A stretch of 64,000 nt of DNA from Hydrurus foetidus (taxonomy: Eukaryota), in NCBI GenBank assembly GCA_900617105.1, contig UYFQ01000032.1:372001-436000 (forward strand). Direction: 5' to 3'. Below, piece by piece: positions 47,695-59,288 of this stretch. The position numbers and the translations under genes were made by a program. The notes beneath the pieces are model-generated. The model was not told the DNA's origin, searched no databases, and saw only the letters and a program-made list of their open reading frames with translations. Every line of letters starts with the position of its first letter. The stretch's first letter is position 1.

Positions 47695-48926
47695 TCACGC
47701 TCCAGCGGCTCAACCCAGCTGCCGTGCGGCTCCAAAATCACGCGCATCGGGCGGGCCACCTGCCCCGCATACAGCCCTTGCGTAAAGCGCTGGCGCTCGG
47801 CTGGCGGTAACTTGTCAGCAGCCAACACGCTGGGGTCGCCCCACACGGTCAAATCGGCTTTGTGGGCTTGAGCTTGGGGTGACAACAAAAAATTCAGCGC
47901 CACTTGGGCACCGGCAGCGGCTGAGGTGTTGAAGGGGATGGCTAAAAAGTGGGTGTTGCCCAGCGAGCCATCCACCATCTGCCATGCGTAGACGGTATCG
48001 GGCAAGCGCTTGGCGGCGATCTCGTTGGCGGCTTCGTTGGGGTTGAACGTGAGCGCAATCAGCAGCTCACCATCGGCCATCATTTGACGGATGGCTGCGG
48101 GGGTCTGCGGGAACTGCTTGCCTGCCCGCCACAGCGCGGGGTGCAAGGCAGTGAGGTAGGCCCACAACGGCTGGGTGACGCGGGTAAACACCTCGGGGGT
48201 GACGGGCGCGTAAAGGGCAGCACGGTCAGCACTCTGCCCCGCCGTCAGCTCAACCAAGGCTTGTTTCAGGAAGGTGGTGCCGATGAACGCAGGGGGCCGT
48301 GGGTAGGTGATGCGGCCAGGGTTGGCGCGGGCAAAGTCGGCCAAAGCGGCCATGCTGCGTGGTGGGGTGGGTACGCGCCGCTCATCAGCAAACAGGGTGA
48401 ACTGGGCCATGCCCCAGGGGGCTTCGTAGCCCTGCACAGGCTCTGAGAAATCCATGCGGGTGCTGGGCTTGCCCTGCACATCGACGTACTGGAAGTTGGG
48501 CAGGCTCTCGGCAAAAGGGCCAAACAGCAAGCCTTCGCGCTTCATTGTGAAGAAGTTTTCGCCGTTGATCCACAGGGCATCGACGCTGCCCCCCGTCAGC
48601 TTGCCCGCTGCTTTTTCGCTGCGAACGCGCTTGACGGCTTCGGCGGTGTCGGTGAGTTTGACGTGGATGAGTTGGATGCCGTAGCGTTTATCCAGCTCAC
48701 CCGCCGCCCACTGCAAGTAGGCGTTGACGCGATCGCTACCACCCCAGGCGTTGAGGTACACCTTTTGACCCTGGGCTTGGGCTTCTGTCGCGGCCCATGT
48801 TGTGGCCGTCTGCGCCCCTGCGTGGGGCACGGCAAGTGCAGCCAGCGCCCCACCCATGTACACCAAACTTTGGCGACGCGATACAACGGACAGCGGGGGG
48901 GATCGACGGGGCATAACGGGCCTCAC
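47670..48926 (-). CDS. ynjB: ABC substrate-binding protein (YnjB-like), Tat-type signal
   Basis: SRRQSL; NAWGGS, WINGENF, APWGMAQ, GNTHFLAIPFN. Confidence 0.85.
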   Translation of the reverse strand: MRPVMPRRSPPLSVVSRRQSLVYMGGALAALAVPHAGAQTATTWAATEAQAQGQKVYLNAWGGSDRVNAYLQWAAGELDKRYGIQLIHVKLTDTAEAVKRVRSEKAAGKLTGGSVDALWINGENFFTMKREGLLFGPFAESLPNFQYVDVQGKPSTRMDFSEPVQGYEAPWGMAQFTLFADERRVPTPPRSMAALADFARANPGRITYPRPPAFIGTTFLKQALVELTAGQSADRAALYAPVTPEVFTRVTQPLWAYLTALHPALWRAGKQFPQTPAAIRQMMADGELLIALTFNPNEAANEIAAKRLPDTVYAWQMVDGSLGNTHFLAIPFNTSAAAGAQVALNFLLSPQAQAHKADLTVWGDPSVLAADKLPPAERQRFTQGLYAGQVARPMRVILEPHGSWVEPLEREWLRRYGQ

Positions 48927-48947
48927 CTTTTAACCTGAACTTTGAAC

Positions 48948-50156
48948 CTAAACTTTGAATTCACTCACCACATTTTGCAGGTTCAGTGCTTGGTCTGACA
49001 AAGAAGACGCCGCCGCTGCGGCCTGCTCTACCAACGCTGCATTTTGCTGCGTGACCTGATCCATGTGTGTCACGGCCTGGTTAACCTGCTCAATACCGAT
49101 GCTTTGCTCAGCGGTAGCGATCGAAATTTCACCCAGAAAAGACGTGACCTGCTGTACAGATTGCATGATTTCCTGCATGGTCTGACCGGCCTGCCCCACC
49201 AGCACCGCACCGTTGTCCACATGCGCCACCGAGCCTGCAATCAAGGCTTTGATCTCTTTGGCGGAATCGGCACTGCGCTGCGCCAAACTGCGCACTTCAC
49301 TGGCCACCACGGCAAAACCGCGACCCTGCTCACCTGCGCGTGCAGCCTCTACGGCGGCATTCAACGCGAGGATATTGGTCTGAAACGCGATGCCCTCAAT
49401 CACCTCGATGATGTCCACCATTTTTTTAGAGCTGCTGCTGATCGAGCCCATCGTTTGAATGACTTGCTCCACCACTTGGCTGCCCCGCTGCGCAACACCT
49501 GAGGTGCTGGCAGCCAGTGCGTTAGCGGCCTTGGAACGCTCTGCCGTTTGCTTGACCGTTTCTGTCAGCTCTTGCATGCTCGCAGCCGTCTGCTCCAGGG
49601 ATGCAGCCTGGTCTTCGGTGCGCTTGGACAGGTCATGGTTGCCTGCTGCAATTTCCTTAGAGGCGATCGTGATGGCTGAGGTGGAGGCTTGCAAGCGCTC
49701 TACCAAATGGGTGAGGATGTCCTCCATATTGCCCAGCGAACCCAAAAGGCGGCCAAAGTCACCGCCTAATTCGGTTTCAAAATCTTGGCTTAAATCGCCA
49801 GAAGCTACTGTCTCAGCAATGTAAATCGCGTTCTCAAGGGGTTGCATGATGCTTTGCGTCATGCGGTAGACCAAGCCAATGCTCAGCAGCACAGCCGCAA
49901 AAAGAAGAACCAACATCCCCTGGCGGGTGCTGGTGATGTCCTCCCGGGTAGCCCCTACCTCTTGCGCCACGGTCTTGAGCTCAGCCAGCGCTTTCTCGCG
50001 GTCTTGTGACACGTTCACGTCGGCAACATGCTTGAGTACCGCGTCCGCATTGCTCAAGCGGTTCATGGCCAGAGCCATCAGCGCAGCCATCAGCAGCAGC
50101 ACGAGCCCGTAGCCCCAACCCAAGCGGGTACTGATTTTGAAATTCATCATTGACAT
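48948..50156 (-). CDS. Methyl-accepting chemotaxis protein (very short periplasmic part)
   Basis: [30 protein letters not shown]; 2 TM plus HAMP. Confidence 0.93.
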   Translation of the reverse strand: MSMMNFKISTRLGWGYGLVLLLMAALMALAMNRLSNADAVLKHVADVNVSQDREKALAELKTVAQEVGATREDITSTRQGMLVLLFAAVLLSIGLVYRMTQSIMQPLENAIYIAETVASGDLSQDFETELGGDFGRLLGSLGNMEDILTHLVERLQASTSAITIASKEIAAGNHDLSKRTEDQAASLEQTAASMQELTETVKQTAERSKAANALAASTSGVAQRGSQVVEQVIQTMGSISSSSKKMVDIIEVIEGIAFQTNILALNAAVEAARAGEQGRGFAVVASEVRSLAQRSADSAKEIKALIAGSVAHVDNGAVLVGQAGQTMQEIMQSVQQVTSFLGEISIATAEQSIGIEQVNQAVTHMDQVTQQNAALVEQAAAAASSLSDQALNLQNVVSEFKV

Positions 50157-50243
50157 GTCTATATACCTTTAAATCCATATTGCATTGAATGCGGATACCG
50201 GTGTACCCATCACTCCTCACTCGTCTACCCGAGACACCAGCGC

Positions 50244-51788
50244 CTAGGCCAGCTTGAACGCCCCTACCAGACGCCCAAGCACCTGCGCTTGCTCGTTCAA
50301 GCCTTGGGCGGCGGCGGTAGATTGCTCTGCCAAGGCCGAATTTTGCTGGGTCATCTCATCGAGCTGTCGGACCAAGTTATTGACATGATTGATGCCACTT
50401 TCTTGTCCCGACACCGTGGCGGAGATTTCGCCAATGATAGTAGAGACGTTCTGCACCGAATCCACAATGTGCACCATCGTTTGACCGGCGTTGGTAACCA
50501 AAATGGCCCCCGTAGCCGCCCGCTCAACGCTGTCGCCAATCAACCGCTTGATCTCTCGGGCAGCTTCGGCTGAGCGGCCAGCTAAGCTGCGCACTTCACT
50601 GGCGACAACGGCAAAGCCACGCCCTTGTTCGCCAGCACGCGCGGCTTCCACGGCGGCATTGAGTGCCAAAATATTGGTCTGGAAGGCGATACCGTCAATC
50701 ACGCTGATGATGTCGTTGATCTTTTGTGAGCTTTTATTGATGCCGTCCATCGTCGCCACCACCTGTGACACGGCGGCACCGCCTTGGGCTGCCACATCAG
50801 AGGCTGAAGAGGTCAGCACATTGGCTTGGCGTGATGCATTCGCGGCTTTTTGCACGGTGTCGGTCAATTGCGCCATAGACGATGCAGCTTCGCCTAAATT
50901 AGCCGCCGCTTGCTCGGTGCGGTTGCTCAAATCCATGCTGCCATTGGCGATCTCACTGCTGGCTGCCGAAATGCTGGCAATGGCTGTGTGCAATTGGCCA
51001 ACCAGTGTGCGCAACGACTGCTGCATTTGCGCCACCACCCCTAAAACGCTGGAGTCCGCCGGGTGATGGCCTGCATGGGAGCGGGAATGGCTGACCGACA
51101 GATCGCCAGCAGCAATGCGCAGCATGGCGACTTTGGCATCTGCCGGGTCGCCGCCGAGCTCTTGAGCCACCGTACGCTGCACCACAAAACCCAGCACCAC
51201 GGCCACCACCACCGCCAGCACCGCAAACCCGGCAGCCAGCAGGGTCGTACGCTGCGCCGTTTGGTTCACATCGGCATGGGCTTGTTCAGCGGTTTTGCCA
51301 GTGTCTTCAATCTGCTTTAACAGCTCAGCACGCAGCAGCCGCCAAGCCGGTGTTTCCTCTTTCGCCAGCGCGGAGGCAGCCTCGGCCATGCTGTTTGCTG
51401 CAGCCAGTGTCAGCACCTTGCGTTGAGCGGCTGCGTAGGGCGTTCGCAGCGCGGGCAAGGCGGCTACCCGCGCTTCAAACGCACCACCTGCGGCGAGTTT
51501 TTGCACTTGGGTATAGGCTTTGTCATAAGCGGCTTGGGCTGCATTCAGGTTCTCGACAGACCGCGTGTTCCCAGTCCCCAGTAACACCACGTTGCGCAAA
51601 GCTTGCCCCATCTGAAGGCCTTGTGTATACATCTCCGTCAGGCTGGTGGTGAGTGCTTGCTCGGTGTTGATATAGCGGTCAAACTGATGCTGCGTTGTCG
51701 ATGCCCCTCGGATACTGATGAAAAGCCCCACGATAAACAGCACAGCAGGCACCGCGAAACAAACCATTAAACGTGCAGTAAATCGCAT
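50244..51788 (-). CDS. Methyl-accepting chemotaxis protein
   Basis: MCP signalling motif; 2 TM flanking a helical sensor. Confidence 0.93.
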   Translation of the reverse strand: MRFTARLMVCFAVPAVLFIVGLFISIRGASTTQHQFDRYINTEQALTTSLTEMYTQGLQMGQALRNVVLLGTGNTRSVENLNAAQAAYDKAYTQVQKLAAGGAFEARVAALPALRTPYAAAQRKVLTLAAANSMAEAASALAKEETPAWRLLRAELLKQIEDTGKTAEQAHADVNQTAQRTTLLAAGFAVLAVVVAVVLGFVVQRTVAQELGGDPADAKVAMLRIAAGDLSVSHSRSHAGHHPADSSVLGVVAQMQQSLRTLVGQLHTAIASISAASSEIANGSMDLSNRTEQAAANLGEAASSMAQLTDTVQKAANASRQANVLTSSASDVAAQGGAAVSQVVATMDGINKSSQKINDIISVIDGIAFQTNILALNAAVEAARAGEQGRGFAVVASEVRSLAGRSAEAAREIKRLIGDSVERAATGAILVTNAGQTMVHIVDSVQNVSTIIGEISATVSGQESGINHVNNLVRQLDEMTQQNSALAEQSTAAAQGLNEQAQVLGRLVGAFKLA

Positions 51789-51932
51789 GACATTAGTCCT
51801 GATGGTGAACGCAGTCGCCCCAAAAAGGCACTGCGCAGGGTGCGACTGTAGACATGTGCAGCATTTGGCGCTTCCTGGGGGGAGAATGCACTTGCTCTGC
51901 ACGGTGTTTTACAAGGGAAAACCCTTAATCTA

Positions 51933-53162
51933 TTAACCCCTGTACAGCCAGCGCGTGTCCAGCAAGCGCTCACCCAAACCCGCCATCGCCAGATTGCGGG
52001 CGATGCGCAGCGGCCCGCTGGCGTGGAAGACTTGGCCGTTGCGCCGTGCTTTGGTCTGCACACGGGCATTGCGCGGCCAGCGGGCAGCGGCGTAGGTTTG
52101 CAGGGCTTGGGGCAAGGCATCAACGCTTCTCACACCATGTGAATTTGTGCGCAACGCGGCCCCCAGTGACAAACCCAAAGCTTGCGCATCTTCCAGCGCC
52201 ATCGCCGCACCTTGGGCGAGGTAGGGGCGCATGGGGTGTGCAGCATCCCCCAGCAGGGCAATGCGGCCCTGCGCCATTTGCATTGGGCATTGGACAGGAG
52301 GGCGGTCATGCAACACCCAAAGCTTCCAATCTGAGGCTGAATTTATCAAATTGTGTAGCGCACTGTGCAGTATTGGTATGCTGTGAAGCAGGTTTTCGGT
52401 GGTGGCACTGCGGCTCCACCCTTGGCCTGCACGGGCATCGTCAGCGGGTACATCACCGTGGACGATCACCACCACGTTAAACAGCTCACCACCCCGCACC
52501 GGGTAGGCCACTGCGTGCATCTTCGGGCCTAGCCAGACCGTCACTTGGTCTTGGGCGATGGTGGTGGGCACCTCGGCGGCAGTCAGCATGGCACGGTAGG
52601 CCACATGGCCGGTGGGCAGGGGGCGGCCATCGTGCAGCAGGTGCTGGCGAACACCGCTCCACAGGCCGTCGCAACCCAGCAGGGCATCCGCATCATATAA
52701 GGCATCATTTTGGTCTTTAACGCTTATTTGGCGTTCTGTAGCAGCTATTCTTTTTAAAGTGGATTGCAGCTGTACAGGCACACCGGCCAGCTGCACAGCT
52801 GCGAGCAACAGCTGCTGCAAATCAGCCCGGTGCAGCGTGAGGTAATCGCAGCCGTAGCGTTGGCGAAACGATGCCCCCAAGGCCATGTGGCCCAGTACGT
52901 GGCCTGTGGCGGCATCGCGCACCTGCAAACGCTGGGGGGCGGATGCCACAGCCCGCACCGCGTCGCTTAAGCCCCAAGCGTCCAGCACACGCACGGCGTT
53001 CGGCCCCAGTTGCAGGCCGGCACCCACCTCAGACAGAACGCTGGCTTGCTCCAGCACCTGTACAGTACAACCGGCTTGGTGGCACGCCAGGGCTGCGGCC
53101 AAGCCGCCAATGCCGCCACCGGCAATAAGGATGTGAGGATTGAATTGCTTAAAGGGTGTCAC
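51933..53162 (-). CDS. FAD-dependent monooxygenase (salicylate/3-hydroxybenzoate hydroxylase family)
   Basis: GGGIGGL, EVGAGLQLGPN, DGLWS, LLGDAAHPM.PYLAQGA. Confidence 0.88.
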   Translation of the reverse strand: MTPFKQFNPHILIAGGGIGGLAAALACHQAGCTVQVLEQASVLSEVGAGLQLGPNAVRVLDAWGLSDAVRAVASAPQRLQVRDAATGHVLGHMALGASFRQRYGCDYLTLHRADLQQLLLAAVQLAGVPVQLQSTLKRIAATERQISVKDQNDALYDADALLGCDGLWSGVRQHLLHDGRPLPTGHVAYRAMLTAAEVPTTIAQDQVTVWLGPKMHAVAYPVRGGELFNVVVIVHGDVPADDARAGQGWSRSATTENLLHSIPILHSALHNLINSASDWKLWVLHDRPPVQCPMQMAQGRIALLGDAAHPMRPYLAQGAAMALEDAQALGLSLGAALRTNSHGVRSVDALPQALQTYAAARWPRNARVQTKARRNGQVFHASGPLRIARNLAMAGLGERLLDTRWLYRG

Positions 53163-53208
53163 CGGGCTGTGTTCCTGTTTGAAAACCAAGGCTGCACAAT
53201 ACCGCACT

Positions 53209-53892
53209 GTGACTGCCCTTGCCCCACCCCACCAGCCCTGCCCACCGCTTATCTACCAAGACGAGTACCTGTTGATCGTCAACAAACCCGCTGGGCTGTT
53301 GGCCGTGCCTGGGCGAGGAGCGGACAAGCAAGACTGCCTCATCAGCCGGGTGCAGATGCAGTGGCCGCAAGCGCTGGTGGTGCATCGCCTTGACCAAGCA
53401 ACCAGCGGGCTGCTGGTGCTGGCGCTCAGCGCGGCGGTGCAAAAAAGCCTGTCGGCGTTGTTCCAAGAGCGCCACGTCAGCAAGCGCTACATCGCAACCG
53501 TCCAGGGCCACTTGCAGCCAGCAACAGGCACGGTGGATTTGCCCCTGATGGCAGACTGGCCGCAACGGCCTCGGCAAAAGGTAGATCTGGTGGCGGGCAA
53601 ACCCTCACAAACGCACTGGGAGGTGCTGCGCTACAACGCGACGAATGACACCACCACCGCTCTGCTGCACCCGGTGACGGGCCGCACCCACCAGCTGCGG
53701 GTACACATGCTGGCGCTGGGGCACCCGATCGTAGGCGATACGCTGTATGGGCCGCAGCAGGCGGCGATGGAGGGAACGGAGCAAACAGACAAACCGCAGC
53801 GCATGGCACTGCACGCGCAAAGGCTGGCGTTGACGCACCCGGTCACGGGGCAGTGGCTCGCGGTTGATTGCGAGCCGGATCAGAGGTTTTGA
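53209..53892 (+). CDS. rluA: RluA family pseudouridine synthase
   Basis: NKPAGL, HRLD.ATSG, TGRTHQLRVH, GHPIVGD. Confidence 0.9.
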   Translation: MTALAPPHQPCPPLIYQDEYLLIVNKPAGLLAVPGRGADKQDCLISRVQMQWPQALVVHRLDQATSGLLVLALSAAVQKSLSALFQERHVSKRYIATVQGHLQPATGTVDLPLMADWPQRPRQKVDLVAGKPSQTHWEVLRYNATNDTTTALLHPVTGRTHQLRVHMLALGHPIVGDTLYGPQQAAMEGTEQTDKPQRMALHAQRLALTHPVTGQWLAVDCEPDQRF

Positions 53893-55745
53893 TCCAGGCG
53901 CTCGCGCCGCCGCTGCTCGATGCCTTGTATTTCCACACACGCGGGATGCGCTTTGAATATCGGTTTGACGCACTGCGCCATCATGCAGTTGTAACGACCG
54001 AGCAGCACGCGGTTGACACAGGCTTCCTCGGGGTTGTCCGGCGGGGCGGGCACGGCAGGCAGTACTTTGGCTGGGGGCGTTCGGACGGGTACGTGGGCAG
54101 GCGGCACATCAGCAGGTTGAGATGCTGCGGCCAAAGGGTGGTCAGCAGACGGAATGGCCACGTCAACAACGGGCACCAACGGTTTGGGTCGCGTCAAAAC
54201 GGGTTTGAGGGAGATGCCCGGCTTGGCTGCTGACGCGGTACTGGCAGACGGGAGCGGGATGGGTAGAACGGTCACTGTGCCCGAAATGACGGTAGGCAGG
54301 GAGCCTATGGTGCTTCCATCCTTCATCTCGGTAATGGTTTTTCCAGCAGCATCCCGCACAGCAGGGGCTTGGGGCGCAGGCAGTACGGGTTGCGACTCCC
54401 ACACACGGTAAGGCTCAACGGCAACTGGCGGGCCGAAGGCATCGCGGCTGAACAAACCAGGCAGCTTCAAACCCAGACCGATCAGCACCACGGCCAACGA
54501 GGCGAACAGGGCAAAGATGCGCCGCCCCGACCAGCGTCGTACCGTGACAGACGTTGCCGATGCGGCAGAGGACTTTGTGAGGGGTTTGGTGATGGGTTTA
54601 CCGGGCAGTTTGCTAATTCTTTTGCTGACCGGCTTGGTGGCGGGCTTAGCAGAGAAAACCGGTTCAGGCATCGGATCCGTTAAAGCGCCCAGTTCGGAAT
54701 CCAAGTCACGGGGCGCATGCGCTGTTTGTGAAGGCTGAAAAGTCGGTAGCGTTCCCTGCACCGTAGGGTCAAACGCTCTGTTGCGACCCGCATCCGTGGC
54801 TTCAGGATGAGGGGCTGCGTTGGGCGTGAAACTGGACACATGGCTAGGTAAAAAACCACCCACCAATCCACCTGTGCTGCCGCTCACGGCGGGTTTCAGC
54901 GGCAGCGAGCCCTCACCGCTGCGCTTGACGGCAGCTTGTAGAGCCAGGGCGAACTCGCGGGCGGTGGCAAAGCGCTTGCTCGGAATTTTGGCCAACGCTT
55001 GGGCCAACACAGCATCCAATGCGGGCGGCACACGAGGATTGAAGCTGCTGGGGGGCGAAGGCGTGTGGTCAATGATTTCGTGAATGATGGCGAAATCGCT
55101 GCCCCCATCAAAAGGCCGGTGGTTGGTCAGCAGCTGATAAAGCACCACGCCCGCAGAAAACAAATCAGCCCGGCTGTCGATGGGCAAACCCTGCACCTGC
55201 TCGGGCGACATGTACTTCAGGGTGCCCACAATCACCCCCTGCGTGCGCGTCATGTCAGCGGTGTCTTGCAGACGTGCCACGCCAAAATCAGTCAGTTTGA
55301 CGCGGCCATTGGACTGCATCAGCAAATTGGCGGGTTTGATGTCGCGGTGGACGATGTTGTGCCGGTGCGCGTAGTCCAGCGCGGACAGCAGGTCACGCAC
55401 GATGACGACGGACTGCTCCAGCGAATACACCGCGCCACTGTCCAGGTGCTGTTTGAGGTCTTGGCCCTGAACGTATTCCATCACCAAGTACGCGACACCG
55501 CCATCGCGGTCAGCGTCGTAGACGCTGACAATGTTGGGGTGCTGCAACCGGGCGGCCGAATGGGCTTCGGTGCGAAAGCGAAACTCGTATTCGGTGCTGG
55601 CATCCACCGAGAGGTACTCGACCTGGATGGTTTTGATCGCCACCCGGCGGTTCAAATTGGGATCGTGGGCTTCGTAGACCAAACCCATCGCACCTCGGCC
55701 CAGAACGCGAAGCAGGTCATAACGGCCCAGTTTACTCAGGCTCAT
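53880..55745 (-). CDS. Hanks-type Ser/Thr protein kinase, membrane-anchored, Cys-rich C-terminus
   Basis: GRGAMG, VAIK, HRDIKPAN, DFG, YMSPEQ; one TM. Confidence 0.93.
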   Translation of the reverse strand: MSLSKLGRYDLLRVLGRGAMGLVYEAHDPNLNRRVAIKTIQVEYLSVDASTEYEFRFRTEAHSAARLQHPNIVSVYDADRDGGVAYLVMEYVQGQDLKQHLDSGAVYSLEQSVVIVRDLLSALDYAHRHNIVHRDIKPANLLMQSNGRVKLTDFGVARLQDTADMTRTQGVIVGTLKYMSPEQVQGLPIDSRADLFSAGVVLYQLLTNHRPFDGGSDFAIIHEIIDHTPSPPSSFNPRVPPALDAVLAQALAKIPSKRFATAREFALALQAAVKRSGEGSLPLKPAVSGSTGGLVGGFLPSHVSSFTPNAAPHPEATDAGRNRAFDPTVQGTLPTFQPSQTAHAPRDLDSELGALTDPMPEPVFSAKPATKPVSKRISKLPGKPITKPLTKSSAASATSVTVRRWSGRRIFALFASLAVVLIGLGLKLPGLFSRDAFGPPVAVEPYRVWESQPVLPAPQAPAVRDAAGKTITEMKDGSTIGSLPTVISGTVTVLPIPLPSASTASAAKPGISLKPVLTRPKPLVPVVDVAIPSADHPLAAASQPADVPPAHVPVRTPPAKVLPAVPAPPDNPEEACVNRVLLGRYNCMMAQCVKPIFKAHPACVEIQGIEQRRRERLDQNL

Positions 55746-55807
55746 ATCACAGAAAAAAGAGGGCGCAGTGGTGCATGGATGTGCATTATCCCGCGATTAT
55801 CCGGAAT

Positions 55808-55828
55808 AAAAATGGCCCCTCAGGGCCA
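55808..55828 (-). terminator. Intrinsic terminator after acnB
   Basis: TGGCCC-TGAG-GGGCCA-TTTTT on minus strand; second hairpin at 55839..55866. Confidence 0.65.
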
Positions 55829-55880
55829 CAGGGTGTCAATGCAAGCCCCTGCGCATGGGCTTGCATCCGCTGAAGGCAAC

Positions 55881-58481
55881 TTAAGCGACCACAGCGTCAG
55901 TCACGTCGGTGAAGTCTTTCATCTGGTCAAAGTTCATGTACTTGTAGATTTGGTCACTGGTGGCGGTCAGCACACCAACGCCTTCCATGTACTCGGCTTT
56001 GGTGGGGATGCGACCCAGGCGGGAGCAAATCGCGCCCAGCTCAGCGCTGCCCAAGAACACATTGCTGTTCTTGCCCAGACGGTTCGGGAAGTTGCGGGTG
56101 CTGGTAGAGAACACCGTAGCGCCCTCTTTCACCTGCGCTTGGTTGCCCATGCACAGGCTGCAACCAGGCATTTCCATGCGCGCACCGGCACTGCCGAGCA
56201 CGCCGTAATGGCCTTCTTCGCTCAATTGCTTGGCATCCATCTTGGTGGGTGGGGCCACCCACAGCTTGACGGGGATGTCACGCTTGCCTTCCAACAGCTT
56301 GGAGGCGGCACGGAAGTGGCCGATGTTGGTCATGCAAGAGCCGATGAACACTTCTTCGATCACCGTACCGGCCACTTCGCTGAGCGTTTTCACGTCATCG
56401 GGGTCGTTGGGGCAAGCAAGGATAGGCTCATGGATCTCGGCCAAGTCGATCTCGATGACGGCTGCATATTCGGCATCCGCATCAGCTTTGAGCAATTTGG
56501 GGTCGGCCAACCAGGCTTCCATCGCGGCGATACGGCGTTTGATGGTGCGCACGTCCGAGTAGCCGGTGGCAATCATCCACTTCAGCATGGTGATATTGCT
56601 GGTGATGTACTCTTGAATAGGTTCTTTGTTCAGGTGAACCGTGCAGCCGCCAGCAGAACGCTCGGCAGACGCATCGCTCAGCTCAAACGCTTGCTCGACT
56701 TTGAGGTCAGGCAAGCCTTCGATTTCCAGAATGCGGCCAGAGAAGATGTTCTTTTTGCCCTGCTTGGCCACCGTCAACAAGCCAGCCTTGATGGCATACA
56801 GCGGAATGGCGTTGACCAAATCGCGCAGCGTCACGCCGGGCTGCATAGTGCCTTTGAAGCGCACCAGCACGGATTCAGGCATGTCCAAAGGCATCACGCC
56901 GGTGGCTGCACCGAAGGCCACCAAACCAGAACCAGCGGGAAAGCTGATACCGATAGGGAAGCGGGTATGGCTGTCGCCACCGGTGCCCACGGTGTCAGGC
57001 AGCAACATGCGGTTCAACCAGCTGTGGATGATGCCGTCACCGGGGCGCAATGGCACGCCGCCACGGGTGCTCATGAAGTCGGGCAGCTCGTGGTGCATCT
57101 TCACGTCCACAGGCTTGGGGTAAGCGGCGGTATGGCAGAACGACTGCATCACCAAATCGGCGCTGAAACCCAAGCAAGCCAAGTCTTTCAGCTCGTCACG
57201 GGTCATCGGGCCGGTGGTGTCTTGGCTGCCGACGGAAGTCATGCGAGGCTCGCAGTAGGCACCGGGCAACACGCCTTGGCCTTCTGGCAAACCACAAGCA
57301 CGACCGACCATTTTTTGCGCCAGCGTGAAACCCTTGCCCGTGGCTTTGGGGTTGGTAGGCAGACGGAACAGCGTGGACACAGGCAGGCCCAGCAGCTCAC
57401 GGGCTTTGGCGGTCAAGCCACGACCAATGATCAGGGGGATACGACCACCGGCACGCACTTCATCGAACAGCACATCACTTTTGAGAGTGAATTCAGCGAT
57501 GACTTGGCCGTTCTTAAGGGCTTTGCCGTCATAAGGGCGCAGCTCAACCACGTCACCCATGGCCATTTGGCTCACGTCCAACTCGATCGGCAGTGCGCCG
57601 GAGTCTTCCATCGTGTTGTAGAAAATTGGGGCGATTTTGGCACCCAGGCAAACGCCACCAAAGCGCTTGTTAGGCACAAAGGGGATGTCTTGGCCGGTGA
57701 ACCAGAGCACAGAGTTGGTAGCCGATTTGCGGCTGGAGCCGGTGCCGACCACATCGCCTACATACGCCACCAAGTTACCCTTGGCAGCCAGCTCTTCGAT
57801 GAACTTGACAGGGCCGCGCTTGCCGTCTTCTTCGGGCGTGATGCCAGGGCGGGCATTCTTGTGCATCGCCAAAGCGTGTAAAGGAATGTCAGGGCGGCTC
57901 CAGGCGTCAGGCGCGGGCGACAAGTCATCGGTGTTGATTTCACCAGCCACTTTGAAGATGCTGACGGTGATGCTTTGTGGCACTTCAGGGCGGCTGGTGA
58001 ACCATTCGGCATCGGCCCAGCTTTGCAGCACAGCTTTGGCGTGGGCGTTACCGGCTTTGGCTTTTTCGCTCACATCATGGAACTGGTCAAACATCAGCAG
58101 CGTCTTTTTGAGGCCATTGGCGGCCACGGTAGCCACCGCGTCAGAAGGTGCGTCCAACAGATCAACCAGGGGGCTGATGTTGAAGCCGCCAAGCATGGTG
58201 CCTAGCAATTCGGTAGCTTGTTCGCGGCTGAGCAGGCTGCACACTTCGGTGCCGTGTGCCACAGCGGCGAGGTAGCTGGCCTTGACCTTGGCCGCGTCAT
58301 CAACGCCTGCTGGCACGCGGTGGGTAATCAGGTTCACCAAAAAGGCTTCTTCGCCAGCGGGGGGGGCTTTGAGCAGCTCAATCACCTCACCCGTTTGCTT
58401 TGCCGACAGGGGCAAAGGAGGGATGCCGAGAGCGGCGCGTTCCGCGACATGGGCGCGGTAGGTTTCTAGAAACAGGGCCAT
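55881..58481 (-). CDS. acnB: Aconitate hydratase B
   Basis: [49 protein letters not shown]. Confidence 0.97.
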   Translation of the reverse strand: MALFLETYRAHVAERAALGIPPLPLSAKQTGEVIELLKAPPAGEEAFLVNLITHRVPAGVDDAAKVKASYLAAVAHGTEVCSLLSREQATELLGTMLGGFNISPLVDLLDAPSDAVATVAANGLKKTLLMFDQFHDVSEKAKAGNAHAKAVLQSWADAEWFTSRPEVPQSITVSIFKVAGEINTDDLSPAPDAWSRPDIPLHALAMHKNARPGITPEEDGKRGPVKFIEELAAKGNLVAYVGDVVGTGSSRKSATNSVLWFTGQDIPFVPNKRFGGVCLGAKIAPIFYNTMEDSGALPIELDVSQMAMGDVVELRPYDGKALKNGQVIAEFTLKSDVLFDEVRAGGRIPLIIGRGLTAKARELLGLPVSTLFRLPTNPKATGKGFTLAQKMVGRACGLPEGQGVLPGAYCEPRMTSVGSQDTTGPMTRDELKDLACLGFSADLVMQSFCHTAAYPKPVDVKMHHELPDFMSTRGGVPLRPGDGIIHSWLNRMLLPDTVGTGGDSHTRFPIGISFPAGSGLVAFGAATGVMPLDMPESVLVRFKGTMQPGVTLRDLVNAIPLYAIKAGLLTVAKQGKKNIFSGRILEIEGLPDLKVEQAFELSDASAERSAGGCTVHLNKEPIQEYITSNITMLKWMIATGYSDVRTIKRRIAAMEAWLADPKLLKADADAEYAAVIEIDLAEIHEPILACPNDPDDVKTLSEVAGTVIEEVFIGSCMTNIGHFRAASKLLEGKRDIPVKLWVAPPTKMDAKQLSEEGHYGVLGSAGARMEMPGCSLCMGNQAQVKEGATVFSTSTRNFPNRLGKNSNVFLGSAELGAICSRLGRIPTKAEYMEGVGVLTATSDQIYKYMNFDQMKDFTDVTDAVVA

Positions 58482-58797
58482 TTTTTTCTCCTAAGGTAAG
58501 TAATGAAATTTAAAAATTTTGTAAATTAGGATTTACGCAAATTAAATTTTGTTAAAAGAAAATTTATTGATTTTCATTACAAATTAAAAACTTATAAAAT
58601 TAATTTAAATTTTCTAATTTTTTACAAAACAAAACATGCGCCCCACGTAATTATTATCAATTTTAATTATTTATTATATTAAATAAAATACAAAATATGG
58701 AATTTAAAAATTAATAGTTTATATAATTTCTATGCATCAATTTTTCACAACTCGAAAAATACGTTACACATAAATTTCATAACAGAATTCATGAATA

Positions 58798-59286
58798 TCA
58801 ATCATGCACTCTGCGCAAACACTGAATGGCATATATTTTTGCGAGCTCTGCATTTTTAAATGGTAATTTAACTGTCTTCAGTTTATTATTTTCATTAATA
58901 TTAAACTCCACTCTAAATTGGTTGCTCCCTCGAAAATCAACTCTCACTACATTAATATACAAATCATCTTTTGAAAAAATTAACTGGTTAGTCAAATTTG
59001 ATGCAACACGAAGTCCTAGAGGTTCACAATCAATGCTGTCTACTGCATTCAATTCCCAACCACCCCAAGCAAACCCAAAAATCATGCCCCCACACCAACC
59101 TACAGCAAGCCGATGAAGTTCTCTACTCGTAGGCAGCGTTACACCTACAAACGTTGTTCTATTCTCTCCTGAAGCCTTGATTGTTACCGCCACAAGTATC
59201 AAGCCAACGAAACCAGCTATCAGGCACCAAGCACATGTGGAAAAAATCGTATATCCGCTTGGAGCGAGGCTCATAGACTGACTCAT
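58798..59286 (-). CDS. Low-GC membrane protein, putative immunity protein
   Basis: 2 TM segments; starts 2 nt after the upstream stop codon; AT-rich. Confidence 0.6.
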   Translation of the reverse strand: MSQSMSLAPSGYTIFSTCAWCLIAGFVGLILVAVTIKASGENRTTFVGVTLPTSRELHRLAVGWCGGMIFGFAWGGWELNAVDSIDCEPLGLRVASNLTNQLIFSKDDLYINVVRVDFRGSNQFRVEFNINENNKLKTVKLPFKNAELAKIYAIQCLRRVHD

Positions 59287-59288
59287 GG

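Noticed and set aside
54999..57881. 960-aa plus-strand ORF (likewise 11025..12632, 45913..47682, 25324..26403)
   Set aside because: Antisense shadows of well-supported genes in GC-rich DNA; no recognisable motifs
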